The notes under the pieces are model-generated. The model searched no databases, was not told the DNA's origin, and was given only the letters and a program-made list of their open reading frames with translations. From contig OX597830.1 in NCBI GenBank assembly GCA_951406725.2, positions 10,044,001-10,108,000 on the forward strand: DNA of 64,000 nucleotides, given 5' to 3'. The stretch is from Octopus vulgaris. Its lineage: Eukaryota. The first letter of the stretch is position 1. Each line of letters begins with the position of its first letter. Of this stretch, positions 52,810-64,000 are shown in pieces. The position numbers were made by a program, and so were the translations under genes.

Positions 52810-53346
52810 CAAAATTTGGCAGAGGACCAGCAAATTGACTGGTATTTATTTTACTGACTTCGGAAGAATGAAAGGCAAAATCGACCTGGGCTGAATTCGA
52901 ACTCATACCGTAAGGACAGACGAAATACCTATTTATTTACTACCCACAAGGGTCTAAACACAGAGGGGACAAACGAGGACAGACAAACGGATTAAGTCGA
53001 TTATATCGACCCCAGTGCGTAACTGGTACTTAATTTATTGACTCCGAAAGGATGAAAGGCGAAGTCGACCTCGGCGGAATTTGAACTCAGAACGTAGCGC
53101 CAGATGGAATACCTATTTCTTTGCTACCCACAAGGGGCTAAACACATGGAGGACAAACAAGGATAGACAAACGGTTATGTCGATTATATCGACTCCAGTT
53201 CGTAACTGGTACTTAATTTATCGACCCCGAACGGATGAAAGGCAAAGTCGACCTCGGCGGAATTTGAACGCAGAACGTAGCGGCAGACGGAGTACGGCTA
53301 CGCATTTCGTCCGGCGCGCTAACGATTCTGCCAGCTCGCCGCCTTA
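52810..53346 (-). mobile_element. SINE family B tandem array (head + 3 units)
   Basis: Junctions gaaatacctattt at ~52922 and gaatacctatttc at ~53107. Confidence 0.92.
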
Positions 53347-53834
53347 GCAACTCATGTATATGTTAGGTTACCTTCACCCCGGCTTAAATATCACAAGCAC
53401 AATTCTTTCAGCATAAATTTGTCAGTTACCAGGTAGCTGTAGTGTGACAGAATCTTTAAAATCTTCGACATTTAAATAAAGTGTGAATTTAACATTTTGT
53501 GCATTATTGAATAACTGGAACTTTTCTTTCACTATGTAACTGCTTCAGTTTGAACTTGTGATTTTAGATCAAATCACTTCCTAGATAAATACATCCTCGA
53601 ATTTTCTGATTTAGCTGGATCATAAACCTGAAAAGACAGTCAATCGCCGTATATTTTGCTAAATAATAATGAGTACTAAATATTATCGCTATTATGTGGT
53701 ATTCCTTTAATAAGTAAAATAAACGAGACGTTAAACCATAAAGCTATAGTAATGATCGTTTCAAATTTTGGCTCAAGGCAAGTAATTTTAAGGGAGCGGA
53801 GTGCTAGTCCCTTACATCGGTTCCAGTGCTGAAC

Positions 53835-54066
53835 TCTCTCTCTCTTTTACTCTTTTACTTATTTCAGTCATTTGACTGCGGCCATACTGGAGCACCGCCT
53901 TTAGTCGAGCAAATCGACCCCGGGACTTATTCTTTGTAAGCCCAGTACTTATTCTATCGGTCTCTTTTGCCGAACCGCTAAATGACAGGGACGTAAACAC
54001 ACCAGCATCGGTTGTCAAGCAATGCTAGGGGGACAAACACAGACACACAAATATATACATACACAA

Positions 54067-54145
<79 letters not shown>

Positions 54146-54311
54146 TTCGACAGGCTTCTTTCGGTTTCCGTCTACCAAATCCACTCACAAGGCATTGGTC
54201 GGCCCGGGGCTATAGCAGAAGACACTTGCCCAAGATGCCACGCAGTGGGACTGAACCCGGAACCATGTGGTTGGTTAGCAAGCTACTTACCACACAGCCA
54301 TTCCTGCGCCT
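53835..54311 (-). mobile_element. SINE family A, young copy
   Basis: Full-length reverse-complement match. Confidence 0.95.
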
Positions 54312-54932
54312 GGTAATTATTTTATCGAAACGATGAAAGGCAAAATCGATCTCGGGTGAATTTGAACTCAGAATCTTCTGTCTCTACGTTCTGAGTTCAA
54401 ATTTCGCCAAGGTCAATTTTGCATCTCATGCCTTCGGAAATCGATAAAATAACTACCAGTCATGTTCTGGGGTCTATGTAGTCGACTTATCATTTTACAC
54501 AAAAGCAGCCGGCCCTGTGCCAAAATTTGAAAAGTTATCGCTAATCATGACACTCGTTCTGTCCAGCAGGGTGGGTGGGGTTGATGAAGGCAAGAATGAA
54601 GCGAGTGGAGTACAGAGTGAGGACGTGCAGAGAAGACGCTAAATATCATGAGACGTTTAGTTTAATATTCTGCTGGTTTCATAAACCCCACCAAATCTGC
54701 ATGATGACAGAAACTATAAATAATTAATGATTAATATTGATTTTTAAAACACAAGACTGAACTGAGCGACAGTCGCACCAAACAATCTGTCTCTCTCTCC
54801 CTCTCTCTCTCTCTCTCTCGCCCCTTCTCTTTCTCTCTCTCTCTCTCTATCTATCTATCAGCTGTCTGTTTTTTTATCAATCTACATATCTATCAGTCTG
54901 TCTGTCTATCTATTATTTTGTGCTTCTCTCAC

Positions 54933-55024
54933 CTTGTTCCTTGTATTTCTGAAATATGTGGGGCCCCATTGTTTATGTAAAACCACCCAGTGAGGCTATC
55001 ATGGCCCCAGTTATGAGATACAGT
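54933..55024 (-). CDS. Candidate exon (possible PTB-domain C-terminal part of the DOK-like gene)
   Basis: ttag|...|gtgaga, open as TVSHNWGHDSLTGWFYINNGAPHISEIQGT; weak resemblance to DOK7 'AGVFFLSSAEGEQIS'. Confidence 0.3.
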
Positions 55025-55096
55025 CTAACTTAAAAGTTCTCTTGCCCTTAAGAATATTACAAATACTTCAAAACATTTGACATATGTGAGTATATA

Positions 55097-55156
<60 letters not shown>

Positions 55157-55211
55157 CTTCTGGTAACTGTGGTACAAGAAGTGTCATTAATATTTTTTTT
55201 CTACAGAATAC

Positions 55212-55262
55212 TAATAGACTAGTTTCATTGTGGAATCTCATGAACTGTTTATATTCTAGAAT
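55212..55262 (-). CDS. Candidate small exon (phase 0-0)
   Basis: Strong acceptor ttttcttttctgatcttatag, weak donor gtattc; ILEYKQFMRFHNETSLL. Confidence 0.22.
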
Positions 55263-56109
55263 CTATAAGATCAGAAAAGAAAATGAGAAACGGCTACGAA
55301 AAATGCTTCCATTCTTGTGGGGCATAATAGAGAAATATCACTTTTATAACGTTTAATCGGTCTGATATCGTGTATCTTTGGCAGCCATTGTTAATTTTGT
55401 ATCAGTTTTCTCTAATGGATCTTCGACTTGAATCTTAGCATTGTACAAGATGCATAACTTCACTTTCTCTCCCGTAATCACAGCGGCACAGCGATCGGCT
55501 TCATATTTCAGTCTATAAATTGGGCTGCTTACTTGTCAACAAATACATTGAAGATGATGTTTACATTATGAGAAACAGAGATAGCCGTAAATTTAACAAT
55601 GATAATATCACGGACTTCCATTTTTTTTTATTTCACATATATATATATACTTTTATACTTATTTATTGGTTTGTTTCAGACACAAGTTGAATCAGTTGTT
55701 TTTTAATATCTATTTGTTACTTTCTTGTGTATTTAGCTGTTTTGTTATTCTTCTTTAAATCACGTCTATACAGGAGATTACATAAGTAGATTGTATAATA
55801 ACATAGAGTAAAACGTGTGTTTATATAATTCTACGTATTATTTGCGTCTTATGTCAGCGAAGATGGTGAGATCTGCACTAATAGGAAAACGATTTCTCTC
55901 GCTCTAGCTTCTCATGTTCGTGTTTTTTTTATCGCAGAGTTGACAGATTCAGGATAATGTAAATAAAAAATTGATTTTCAACCAGTGAAACAACTGACAT
56001 CAACTATTCAACGAAAATATTGAAATGCTGACTCGTCTAGTAATTTGATTACGTGTGTGTCTGTATATACATATATATACATGTATATATATATGTATGT
56101 ATATGCTTT

Positions 56110-56306
56110 TTTTATCTCTTTACTTGTGGTACTCTGGTCATGCTAGGGCATGGATTTAAAGGAATTGGTAGAATAAATCGACTTTAGTATTTGTTAGATT
56201 TTCTATCGGTTCCTTTTGCAGTTTCAGTAAGTTTCGACGACGTAAATAAACCAATGTCGGTTATCAAGCGGTGTGGAGAGAAAGCACTAGCACACACACA
56301 CACACA

Positions 56307-56348
<42 letters not shown>

Positions 56349-56460
56349 CCGGGCTTCCACACAGTTTCTGTCTACGAAATTCAATCAGTAGGCATTGGTC
56401 TGTCTGGGCTATAGCGGAAGAGACTTGTCCAAGATAGCACACTGTGGCATTAAATCTGAA
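56110..56460 (-). mobile_element. SINE family A, old copy
   Basis: Patchy reverse-complement match. Confidence 0.7.
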
Positions 56461-56569
56461 TGAGCATGTGCTACCTGTAGGCGGAAGAGAAACACCTGGG
56501 AAGGGGCCCTTGGTGGTCAGATGATCTTAAATATGTGTAATGCCTGATTCATTTTAGATAGAGGCCATA

Positions 56570-56778
56570 TAATCCCCTCTACTGAAGGCACAAGACCTTG
56601 AAACTTTGTGGGGAGGGGACAAGTCGATTACATTTCACTGGTACTTAATTTATTGACCCTGAAAGAATGAAAAGTGAAGTCGACCTCGGCGAAATTTGAA
56701 CTCGGAACGTAGCGGCAGAGGAAATACCGCTAAGCATTTCGCCCGGTATGCTAACGTCTCTGCCAGCTTGCGACCTTG
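56570..56778 (-). mobile_element. SINE family B monomer
   Basis: gtcgacctcggcgaaatttgaactc...ctaagcatttcgcccgg. Confidence 0.85.
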
Positions 56779-56937
56779 TTGGTAATATAGTACCAGGGTG
56801 ATTGTATTACCGATGTATTTTTAAGCTACGTATAATGATTATATCATTCCTTTTTCTCGTCAGATACTATGTAAACACCCTTTTGCTATGTCATCTGATT
56901 TGGTACAAATAACGGCAATGTATTCTCCATAGTGTGA

Positions 56938-57165
56938 AAGGGCATGTCCTGGTGGTTAGGGTGTTGCACTCACGATTGCTAGATCGTGGGCTTGATTCTT
57001 GGACGGAGCAACGCGTTATGTTCTTGAGCGAAACACATCATTTCACGTTGTCCCACTCGGCTCAGATGTAAACGGCTAACCCTGCAACGGAGTAGCCTTC
57101 CAATCAGGGAAAATGTTGACCTGCTCGCCTAACCAGCGGAGTGACCTTATTCGAAAGCTAAAACA
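56938..57165 (+). mobile_element. Old CORE-like SINE (family D-related)
   Basis: gtggttagggtgttgcac...gttcttgagcgaaacacatcatttcacgttg. Confidence 0.7.
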
Positions 57166-57167
57166 GT

Positions 57168-57362
57168 TGTCGAGTGGTACCCGCGCGAGCGAAAACGACG
57201 ATCCGGAAGGCCTCCGCGACGTTGGAGTTACGATTTCAAGAGGACGATTGGGATCACGTGGATGAGAAAGGCGCGATCCAGAGAGGAGTGGACAGCGTGC
57301 TGTGACCAGCGGTGTCAAATGGACGCCCGGCAGACTGGTCGGTCAAGGTGATTCAAGGTGAA
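57168..57362 (+). mobile_element. 3' end of a second RTE-clade LINE
   Basis: Translates as EWYPRERKRRSGRPPRRWSYDF...WMRKARSREEW; tcaaggtga repeated at the tail. Confidence 0.75.
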
Positions 57363-57874
57363 CAGCGATGTCCAAACATAGAAAGTAACAAGTTATAGAA
57401 CGAGGCTTTTAATTATAACGACCGTGGCACATTAATATCAATAGATATCAGATATCATTAGCAAAATATCACAAATGGTTTCTTCGTTGTTCAATCGATC
57501 ACGCCAATCAGTCACTCCTGTTTCGTAAGCTTATAATAACATGCTTCGATTTTTTTTTTGTTTTTGTTTTCCAAGATTTTGATCGGAGACTGTACATTTC
57601 ACCTATTTTCTGATAGATTAGAAAGTCCCTAATGAGAATTAACACACGCACTGTCAGTTGTTCACTTCAGCTTTAGTTATTGTTATTTTGATAATTCAGG
57701 TAACCTGAGGTGATCTACACCCAGTACTTTTTAGTTGCAGTATGACCGTCCCAAAGTTTAAAGTATTACAAAACTAAAGATATTTAGTGTAATGTTTATG
57801 TTTCTACAATTCCATCGTTGATATAAACAGAGGATGTGGGTCTGCTACGGTGGGCTTTTCAGTGTATTGCTTAC

Positions 57875-57984
57875 AATCCAGTTTCCTGATTTCATAACAA
57901 ATGCACTGAGTACTTGAAAGTTTGTTTCTCTCCAAGACATGAGATACTCTGTGTCCTCAAACCCTAGTGCGATGCGCACCCTAC
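57875..57984 (-). CDS. Exon of DOK7-like adaptor (PH C-terminal helix)
   Basis: ttttgcag|...|gtaagc, phase 1-0, RVRIALGFEDTEYLMSWRETNFQVLSAFVMKSGNWI; cf. recalled DOK7 IMLGFDSHEAMCAW. Confidence 0.65.
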
Positions 57985-58650
57985 CTGCAAAATGTATCAG
58001 TCCGGACAACTAAACGAGAATGCGTACAACCCACATATCCACACTACACAAATTGTACAGAGAAACCGAGACTGCTATCTTTTATCACACCCTCCTTCAA
58101 GAATACTAAGCACCCAGAAATTCGATGATAAATATTTTAATATACAACGCTTTATATAATGGTATAACGTTACCTTTGGATTGCAAAGCGCATTGACGTA
58201 TATCGCAGAGGATTTCCCAGCCCTTAAAAACTCTAAATTTATGTATATTTCGGTGAATAAGTTTTACAATCTCTGAAAGCTAAATAGAAAGAGGCTTAGT
58301 ACAGGACCTATTCTGTGATGAGCAAGGAACAGCATAATAGGGCCTCTCATTGTAATTAGTTTCGAGAGATTGCCGACAGTCTGTGAATATTTACAATGCT
58401 ATACCGAGGTTAGATTTCAATAAAATTTCTGGGGTAAATCGGAAGGGTTTTTATCATTTGAAGAGGATAAAGGTTGGACTGATATCTCTAATGGGGTCTG
58501 ACCGTAAGTGACCGAAGCATATGACATCGATGAAAAAGGATGGGTCATACACAAGTATTTATTTTAATGTCGGTCTATTTTGTTTCGTTTTTAAATATGG
58601 CAACCATTTTAAAATTTTACCTTGCAGACTTCATGTATATACTTACATAC

Positions 58651-58684
<34 letters not shown>

Positions 58685-59044
58685 ATATACATACATATTT
58701 ATATTTATGTGTATGTATACACATATATGTAAATGTATATATATATATATACATATGTATAATATATACACATACATACAAGCATGCATACATGAGTACA
58801 TATGTATAAATGCGTGTGTCAGTCTGTCAGTGTGCATATTTTGTGGAGCTGTCTGTTTTTGGTAACATAGACGTATGTCTAAATAAACGGCGTTGTATTT
58901 CCGATAAAAAAATATATGTCGAAATTTGGACTTAATTCTTAAAGGACACGAACAAATGTTGACTATGAGTATGCTGGAATATCTGACTACATATACATAC
59001 ATGTGTGTGTTGGTATCAGTGTGTGTCGTGCGGGTAGCGAGTTT

Positions 59045-59090
<46 letters not shown>

Positions 59091-59189
59091 AAATAAGTAA
59101 CGGTATTTCATGTAGTAATGCAGTACGGCCGTTTCAAGCGGTGCCATTTAATTGAACAATGCAATCATTGCATCGACTTTAAATACAGC

Positions 59190-59560
59190 GCTATCTTCAG
59201 TCCTAATATCAGGCCACCTAACTCCCCAGACTGCAACCTTCTTGATTATTATGTCTGGGGCACAATTGAGCGTGAGACCAACAAAACTCTTTGTTACACC
59301 AAAGATGAACTGAAGGTAAGGATAATGGCAGCATTCATTAACTTAAACAAGGATACCGCCCAAAAGAGTTGCAGGAGATTCCAGTCGCCTGGAGGTTGTG
59401 ACTGAAGCCAGTAGCGATTTTATTGAATAAATTTACTTCTTAGTATTTCAAGATATTTTTTATGTAATTTTGGTAAATATATGTTAAAATGAGATGTCAT
59501 TGCTTTTTTTTTTTTTCATTTTTGCGTAATTTAGATGACAGTTTATTCACTGCAACCTGT
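59190..59560 (+). mobile_element. Tc1/mariner-superfamily 3' fragment with right terminus
   Basis: PPNSPDCNLLDYYVWGTIERETNK...KSCRRF; ends ttattcactgcaacctg|ta. Confidence 0.82.
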
Positions 59561-59806
59561 AAACACACACTTACACACACACTACACGGAAAGATAAAAT
59601 AATCAGATAGGTAGGTAGGTGGATGGATGGATGGGTATGTAGGTAGATAGATAAATATAAAATACAAAAATTTGTGGCATTTAGTCTGTTCCACTTGCAC
59701 AGAGGCTCTTCTCGGTGTCACCATAGAGTATGTACGGCAACAAAGTTATTGATTTTCTCGAAGCATAGCATTGTAGTAGACTTGTATTTTCTTATTTGTT
59801 GTTTAC

Positions 59807-59894
59807 CAAAGACAAGAATACTGGGATATTCCATTTTTGCATCGAGAAAGTATGACTTTATCAACTGGAAATCTGTTTGATAAAAATCTTTAAC
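59807..59894 (-). CDS. Exon of DOK7-like adaptor (PH middle)
   Basis: cttcag|...|gtaaac, phase 0-1, VKDFYQTDFQLIKSYFLDAKMEYPSILVF(G); frame-compatible with both neighbours. Confidence 0.55.
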
Positions 59895-60220
59895 CTGAAG
59901 CCTAGGTTGAATCGCTATATTTTCACCCTGGCTAGTGAATAAGGCATTAACAAAGAAGCTTCTAAATAAACATGCACTTCCTTTATTTAAGCTCATGGGA
60001 CAAATCCTATCAGCGCCACAAGCTAGTAAAACGTTACTCTAAAATACAAAGGCTCTTTTCTTTTTTCAAGAATGATTCACATATTTGCGTCGTACTTATT
60101 TACAGAAAAATGCATGGGGGTCATCCGACAGGTCAGACTTTATACAGCAATATGGTACGGTACAAGATGTGTAAGTACATTTGCAGTAAATAACGCAGAG
60201 CTGTTGGGGGAGAAACGTAC

Positions 60221-60285
60221 CATCCTTACTCTTTCGGCTTTTAGGATTGCATACCATCGTTCTGACCATTTGTAAATCTCACAAC
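60221..60285 (-). CDS. Exon of DOK7-like adaptor
   Basis: Weak acceptor attag; donors gtacgt or in-frame gtaagg; (G)CEIYKWSERWYAILKAER(VRM), cf. recalled DOK7 LVYKDKSER. Confidence 0.45.
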
Positions 60286-60564
60286 CTAATTCCCTCGATA
60301 GTAATTAATGCAACTAAATCTACAGTGTTAGCACACAACCTCAGATCAGGTCATTTGCTATGGAATACATCTCTGTATGTATGTGTTATATATATATATA
60401 TATGCACACGCACGCACATACACATAAGCACACACACAAACCTACAAGAACATGTACACACACACACGTATATATATATATATGTGTGTGTATATGCGTC
60501 ATAGCATTTGGCGAGAAATTTGACGACACAATAAAATGTATATGTCGCAAAAGTCTCCAAGGAC

Positions 60565-60630
60565 CTACACAGTTCCCAGACACTGAGCTCAGGTCAAATG
60601 TCACCTTACAATTTGTCCACTGTTTAACGG
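60565..60630 (-). CDS. Exon of DOK7-like adaptor (PH beta-2)
   Basis: tttctacag| (or aacag| giving a 60619 start); VKQWTNCKVTFDLSSVSGNCV(G); weak donor ag|gtcc. Confidence 0.45.
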
Positions 60631-60776
60631 CTGTAGAAATGATATCAATTACTTGTCACATATTATGTAGTTGTAAATCTAATACACTCAAGTTTGCAGA
60701 TTTGTTAAAAAAATGTTACGTTCTGCCACTCTTTTATTGGCAACTAAAAACCGTATCTACACACATTGACAACTAA

Positions 60777-60850
60777 AAGCCATATCTACATATATTGGTA
60801 AGTGGAAACCATATCTACCACATATTGGTAAGTGAAAAACCATATCTACG
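60777..60850. repeat. ~30-bp minisatellite, ~2.5 copies
   Basis: ccatatctac..atattggtaagtg repeated. Confidence 0.85.
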
Positions 60851-61229
60851 TATATAAGTACAGATCTTATTGATTTAAGTATTTCATATTTAAAAATAAA
60901 CCTATTAAACCAACACTTTGTATCTTAAATTACCCAATTCCCAAACACTAAATACGCAGCCAGTTTAATGTTATTTATTTTTCAAGCGATGCTTTAGATG
61001 GAGATTGCGATATCTTACAATTTATGGCATACTTTGTATTTATTTAAACGCCTAAAATAAATATGTATTTACAACGGTAACATAAAATAACTTGTCCGAT
61101 ACATTGCATTCTATAATGCCCAAAATGGGCGACTTTATACCACACCGATTTCATGCATTTCGACAAGACATGGCCATCAATTTTCAATTGTATGCGACTG
61201 ACCATTAAAAGTGATAACCTTTCTGATAT

Positions 61230-61485
61230 CGATGGAGATCGAGCTACTTGTCCAGTCGAAGAAGATAAGAGGTATGTGGTTGCTAAACGAAGTGGAAATA
61301 GCAACAGAATCTTCAATCCACTCCTTTTGTAAAGGAAGGGTATTTTAGATAGAATAGTTATAGTTACACTCGTACACGCCTTTGTAAAGAATCTGCATGA
61401 TGGTCACGGCTTGAACATCTTTTTTTTCTCATACAACTGCCGATTCAAGACTAATATGGAACTGAATGACGACCATAACAACAGT
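61230..61485 (+). mobile_element. Old SINE remnant
   Basis: gaaatagcaac...gatggtcacggcttgaac...(aac)n-like tail; by recall, resembles a cephalopod SINE tail. Confidence 0.4.
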
Positions 61486-63524
61486 ATCAACATCAATGAT
61501 AGGAAGAGCTGAGGCAGGAAGAATACCAGGAATGGTTCACACAATCTTGGACACAGTCAAGTATTCCTTTTGTAGTTCTTACTATGAATGGAATCGCTTA
61601 GCAACAACTGGGAAGAACTTGGTCATGAGGTAATGAGAACTGTGCAAAAGGCAAGTCTAAAACGGCAATGTCCATTCCATTAGGAATATGGTTCCATGTC
61701 ATAAACCTTGCTTTATTGGAAGTTGCTAATTTAAGCTGCTTATTTCCGTTGCTAATTATAAATTTATCGACAGTGGAACAGTCAGGGTTGACAATAAAAG
61801 CACTTCCCTGTTTGAAATTTAAAGGGTGCGATTCTAGGCTACCAACCTTTAAAGTATAACAAAGTGAAAGAATAAGTTAGGGTGGTTCAGCCCAGACAAT
61901 TCTTTTATGGGGTAGTGCTTTGGGACCTGATGTATAATCCTGTTTAAGCAGATGAGGGCATGAAAGTAGGGTCAAAACTCAAGAGCCGTCTTTGGCGGTA
62001 AACCCTCATCCAACCCCACCACTAAACTCGATTACTGCTGTATTACAACCCACAACAACACAAATGCCTGATCAATAGAAACAAGAATGCGTATCGCAAA
62101 GGAAACGGTGCACATTAGCATATTTACTCTCCACTTTTAAAAGACTGTCTCCATGTTAAAAGAATGTCACAGTCGAAGTTATCCAGCAATCACCGACGTA
62201 TATCCAGATTGCAACGCCATCTTACATGCTGTCCCGCCTCCCTTCTACGGCTAATACTATAAGCTTAGATATATAACGGACCAACGCAACAGCGTTCCCA
62301 TCTCAGAAAGGTCGAAGAATTGGTTCCTTCTGGAATTGCAGCATTGAATTTCTATTGCATCAAACATAGCCAACCATTAACTCGGAGAAAATAATGAGAT
62401 TAATGAATCCCATATAACCATAGACAGAATACTCACAGATTCATTTGTCTTGATGATCGTAGTCTGTGAGTTCATGCCATCGCGAAACCATCACCCATGG
62501 AATGGCTCGTGTCTTAATATTTAATAGATCAATGTTATCAATAACGGCATTTGACATACATTTATAGATATCGATCTAAAATATGAATGGGATGAGATGG
62601 TGATTTCTAGCAGCGTGATTTGAGAGAAGCAGCATTATGGAATAAAAGACAACAAAGATGGCCGTCAAGGTTGCAGTGGTAGAAATGTTGTTATTGCAGT
62701 CGTTGTTGATGATGATTGTGAAGATTACGATGATGACGACAGCAACGGCTTCACCGACCACTATGACGATAGTTATGCCAACAATGTAGAGTGGCTGCGA
62801 GGGCTCCTGTTTATACAGAGAAAGACGATGGGTTTCTAGGCCTACATTTAAACTTCCTTAATTCATTCCTAGAGAACGTGTTACATATTTAAAATAATCA
62901 GTGTACTTAAGCAAAAGGGGGGTAGAGATGGGAGCTGATATAGTTTCATTTTTTTCTCTTTTCCACCCCCATAAAATGGTCTGCGAAAGAAATTAAAGGA
63001 ATTCAGGTCGATTTAATAATGAATATAGTTGTATAGTTTATTTTAGATTAAAAGACCAGCTGTGAAGCTGGAACTGTACAAATAATGGTAGCAATATTGA
63101 AATTTTCATTATTAATTTGTGGATTCATATTTTGGACGGAAATTCTTAAAACAGGCTCACACACACACATACATACACATATATACAAACAAACACTCAC
63201 ATATATTTAATCTTCTAATTCTCACTATATATATACTTACATACATATACGCACATTAAGCACAAAAACGCGTGCGCACATATACGCACGTATCTGAATA
63301 TTAATTTATGTACGTTGTACTTTAAGAATTTCCGTCGCCTAATTATGAATCCACACACGTGTGTATATAATTTCATACACACATTTCCGATAGAAAATAT
63401 AAACCCATGTCCAGGGAAATGATATATAAAACGCGAATGTTTATTTTAATGTGTGTACTTTGATTTTGTTAACATATGTAATACGGTTTAAATAGCTTTA
63501 TACATATATATATATGCCTGTGTA

Positions 63525-63578
<54 letters not shown>

Positions 63579-64000
63579 TATACTTAGTATCGCTATCCAT
63601 TTTAGATTCATTCAATTTCATTAAATCCTTTGTTAATGTAATTCACGTGGAAATAGTTTCACCACATGAACGTAGTATTTATTCCTGTCGATATTATAAG
63701 TGTTGCGCCCTCATGAGCTTCCATTATTGATTTTCTATTTCAAAGTTGATCGATTTGATGAATATAGATTTTGTTCATTAAGGAAAGAGTATTTCAATTT
63801 GAGTTTTAAGGAATTTTCGGTTGGTATTGGCAGATTCCGGGTTTTTTTCCCCTCCTTATAGATTTTGCCAATGCCAGCGCCGATAAAACCACCACCTCTT
63901 GAAAACGAATTATCCAATCATTTTGTTACCGGTTCCTCGATGGACTGTTTTATATAATACAAATAAGTATACACACACACACATATATGTATATACATTA

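Noticed and set aside
36100-54336. Recurrent ORFs such as SFRLPNPLTRHWSARGYSRRHLPK and RPRKDERQSRPRRNLNSER
   Set aside because: Chance frames through SINE A/B copies, not a gene family.
57875-57984. Farnesoic acid O-methyltransferase-like reading of LMSW...GNW
   Set aside because: Upstream frame-compatible exons lack that family's motifs and fit a PH domain better.
61146-61205. Possible first exon MVSRIQLKIDGHVLSKCMKS joining in phase 0 to WTNCKV
   Set aside because: Fits a PH beta-1 strand, but the donor (gtgtgg) is weak and the segment abuts or overlaps an old SINE remnant.
63735-63917. ORF with GGGFIGAGIG resembling a dinucleotide-binding loop
   Set aside because: No preceding hydrophobic strand, short, and no convincing splice pair.

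Overview
AT-rich, microsatellite-saturated animal genomic DNA. It is not prokaryotic, and I found no CRISPR array, rRNA or intact tRNA gene. The repeat families look like those of a coleoid cephalopod, most likely Octopus (inferred from recalled repeat sequences, not from a search). Most of the ORF track is artefact from (TA)n/(CA)n/(TAA)n repeats and SINEs. Supported content: several tRNA-derived SINE families (one forming head-less tandem arrays); LINE pieces (young CR1, RTE/BovB-like, an ORF1-only L1/Tx1-like element, a non-autonomous bipartite RTE); four decayed Tc1/mariner elements; and four small frame-compatible minus-strand exons (57.9-60.6 kb) that splice into a DOK7-like PH domain. 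The most striking signal is a set of six unrelated short non-coding repeats that each carry a minimal type-I hammerhead ribozyme motif, several with variant cores, mostly in the inverted or tandem arrangement typical of Penelope-like elements and retrozymes. One is fused to a tRNA-derived Pol III head (a candidate Penelope-mobilised, ribozyme-bearing SINE), and one reconstructs as a ~590-nt circularly permuted unit. All alignments and folds were done by eye; coordinates of degenerate elements are approximate.
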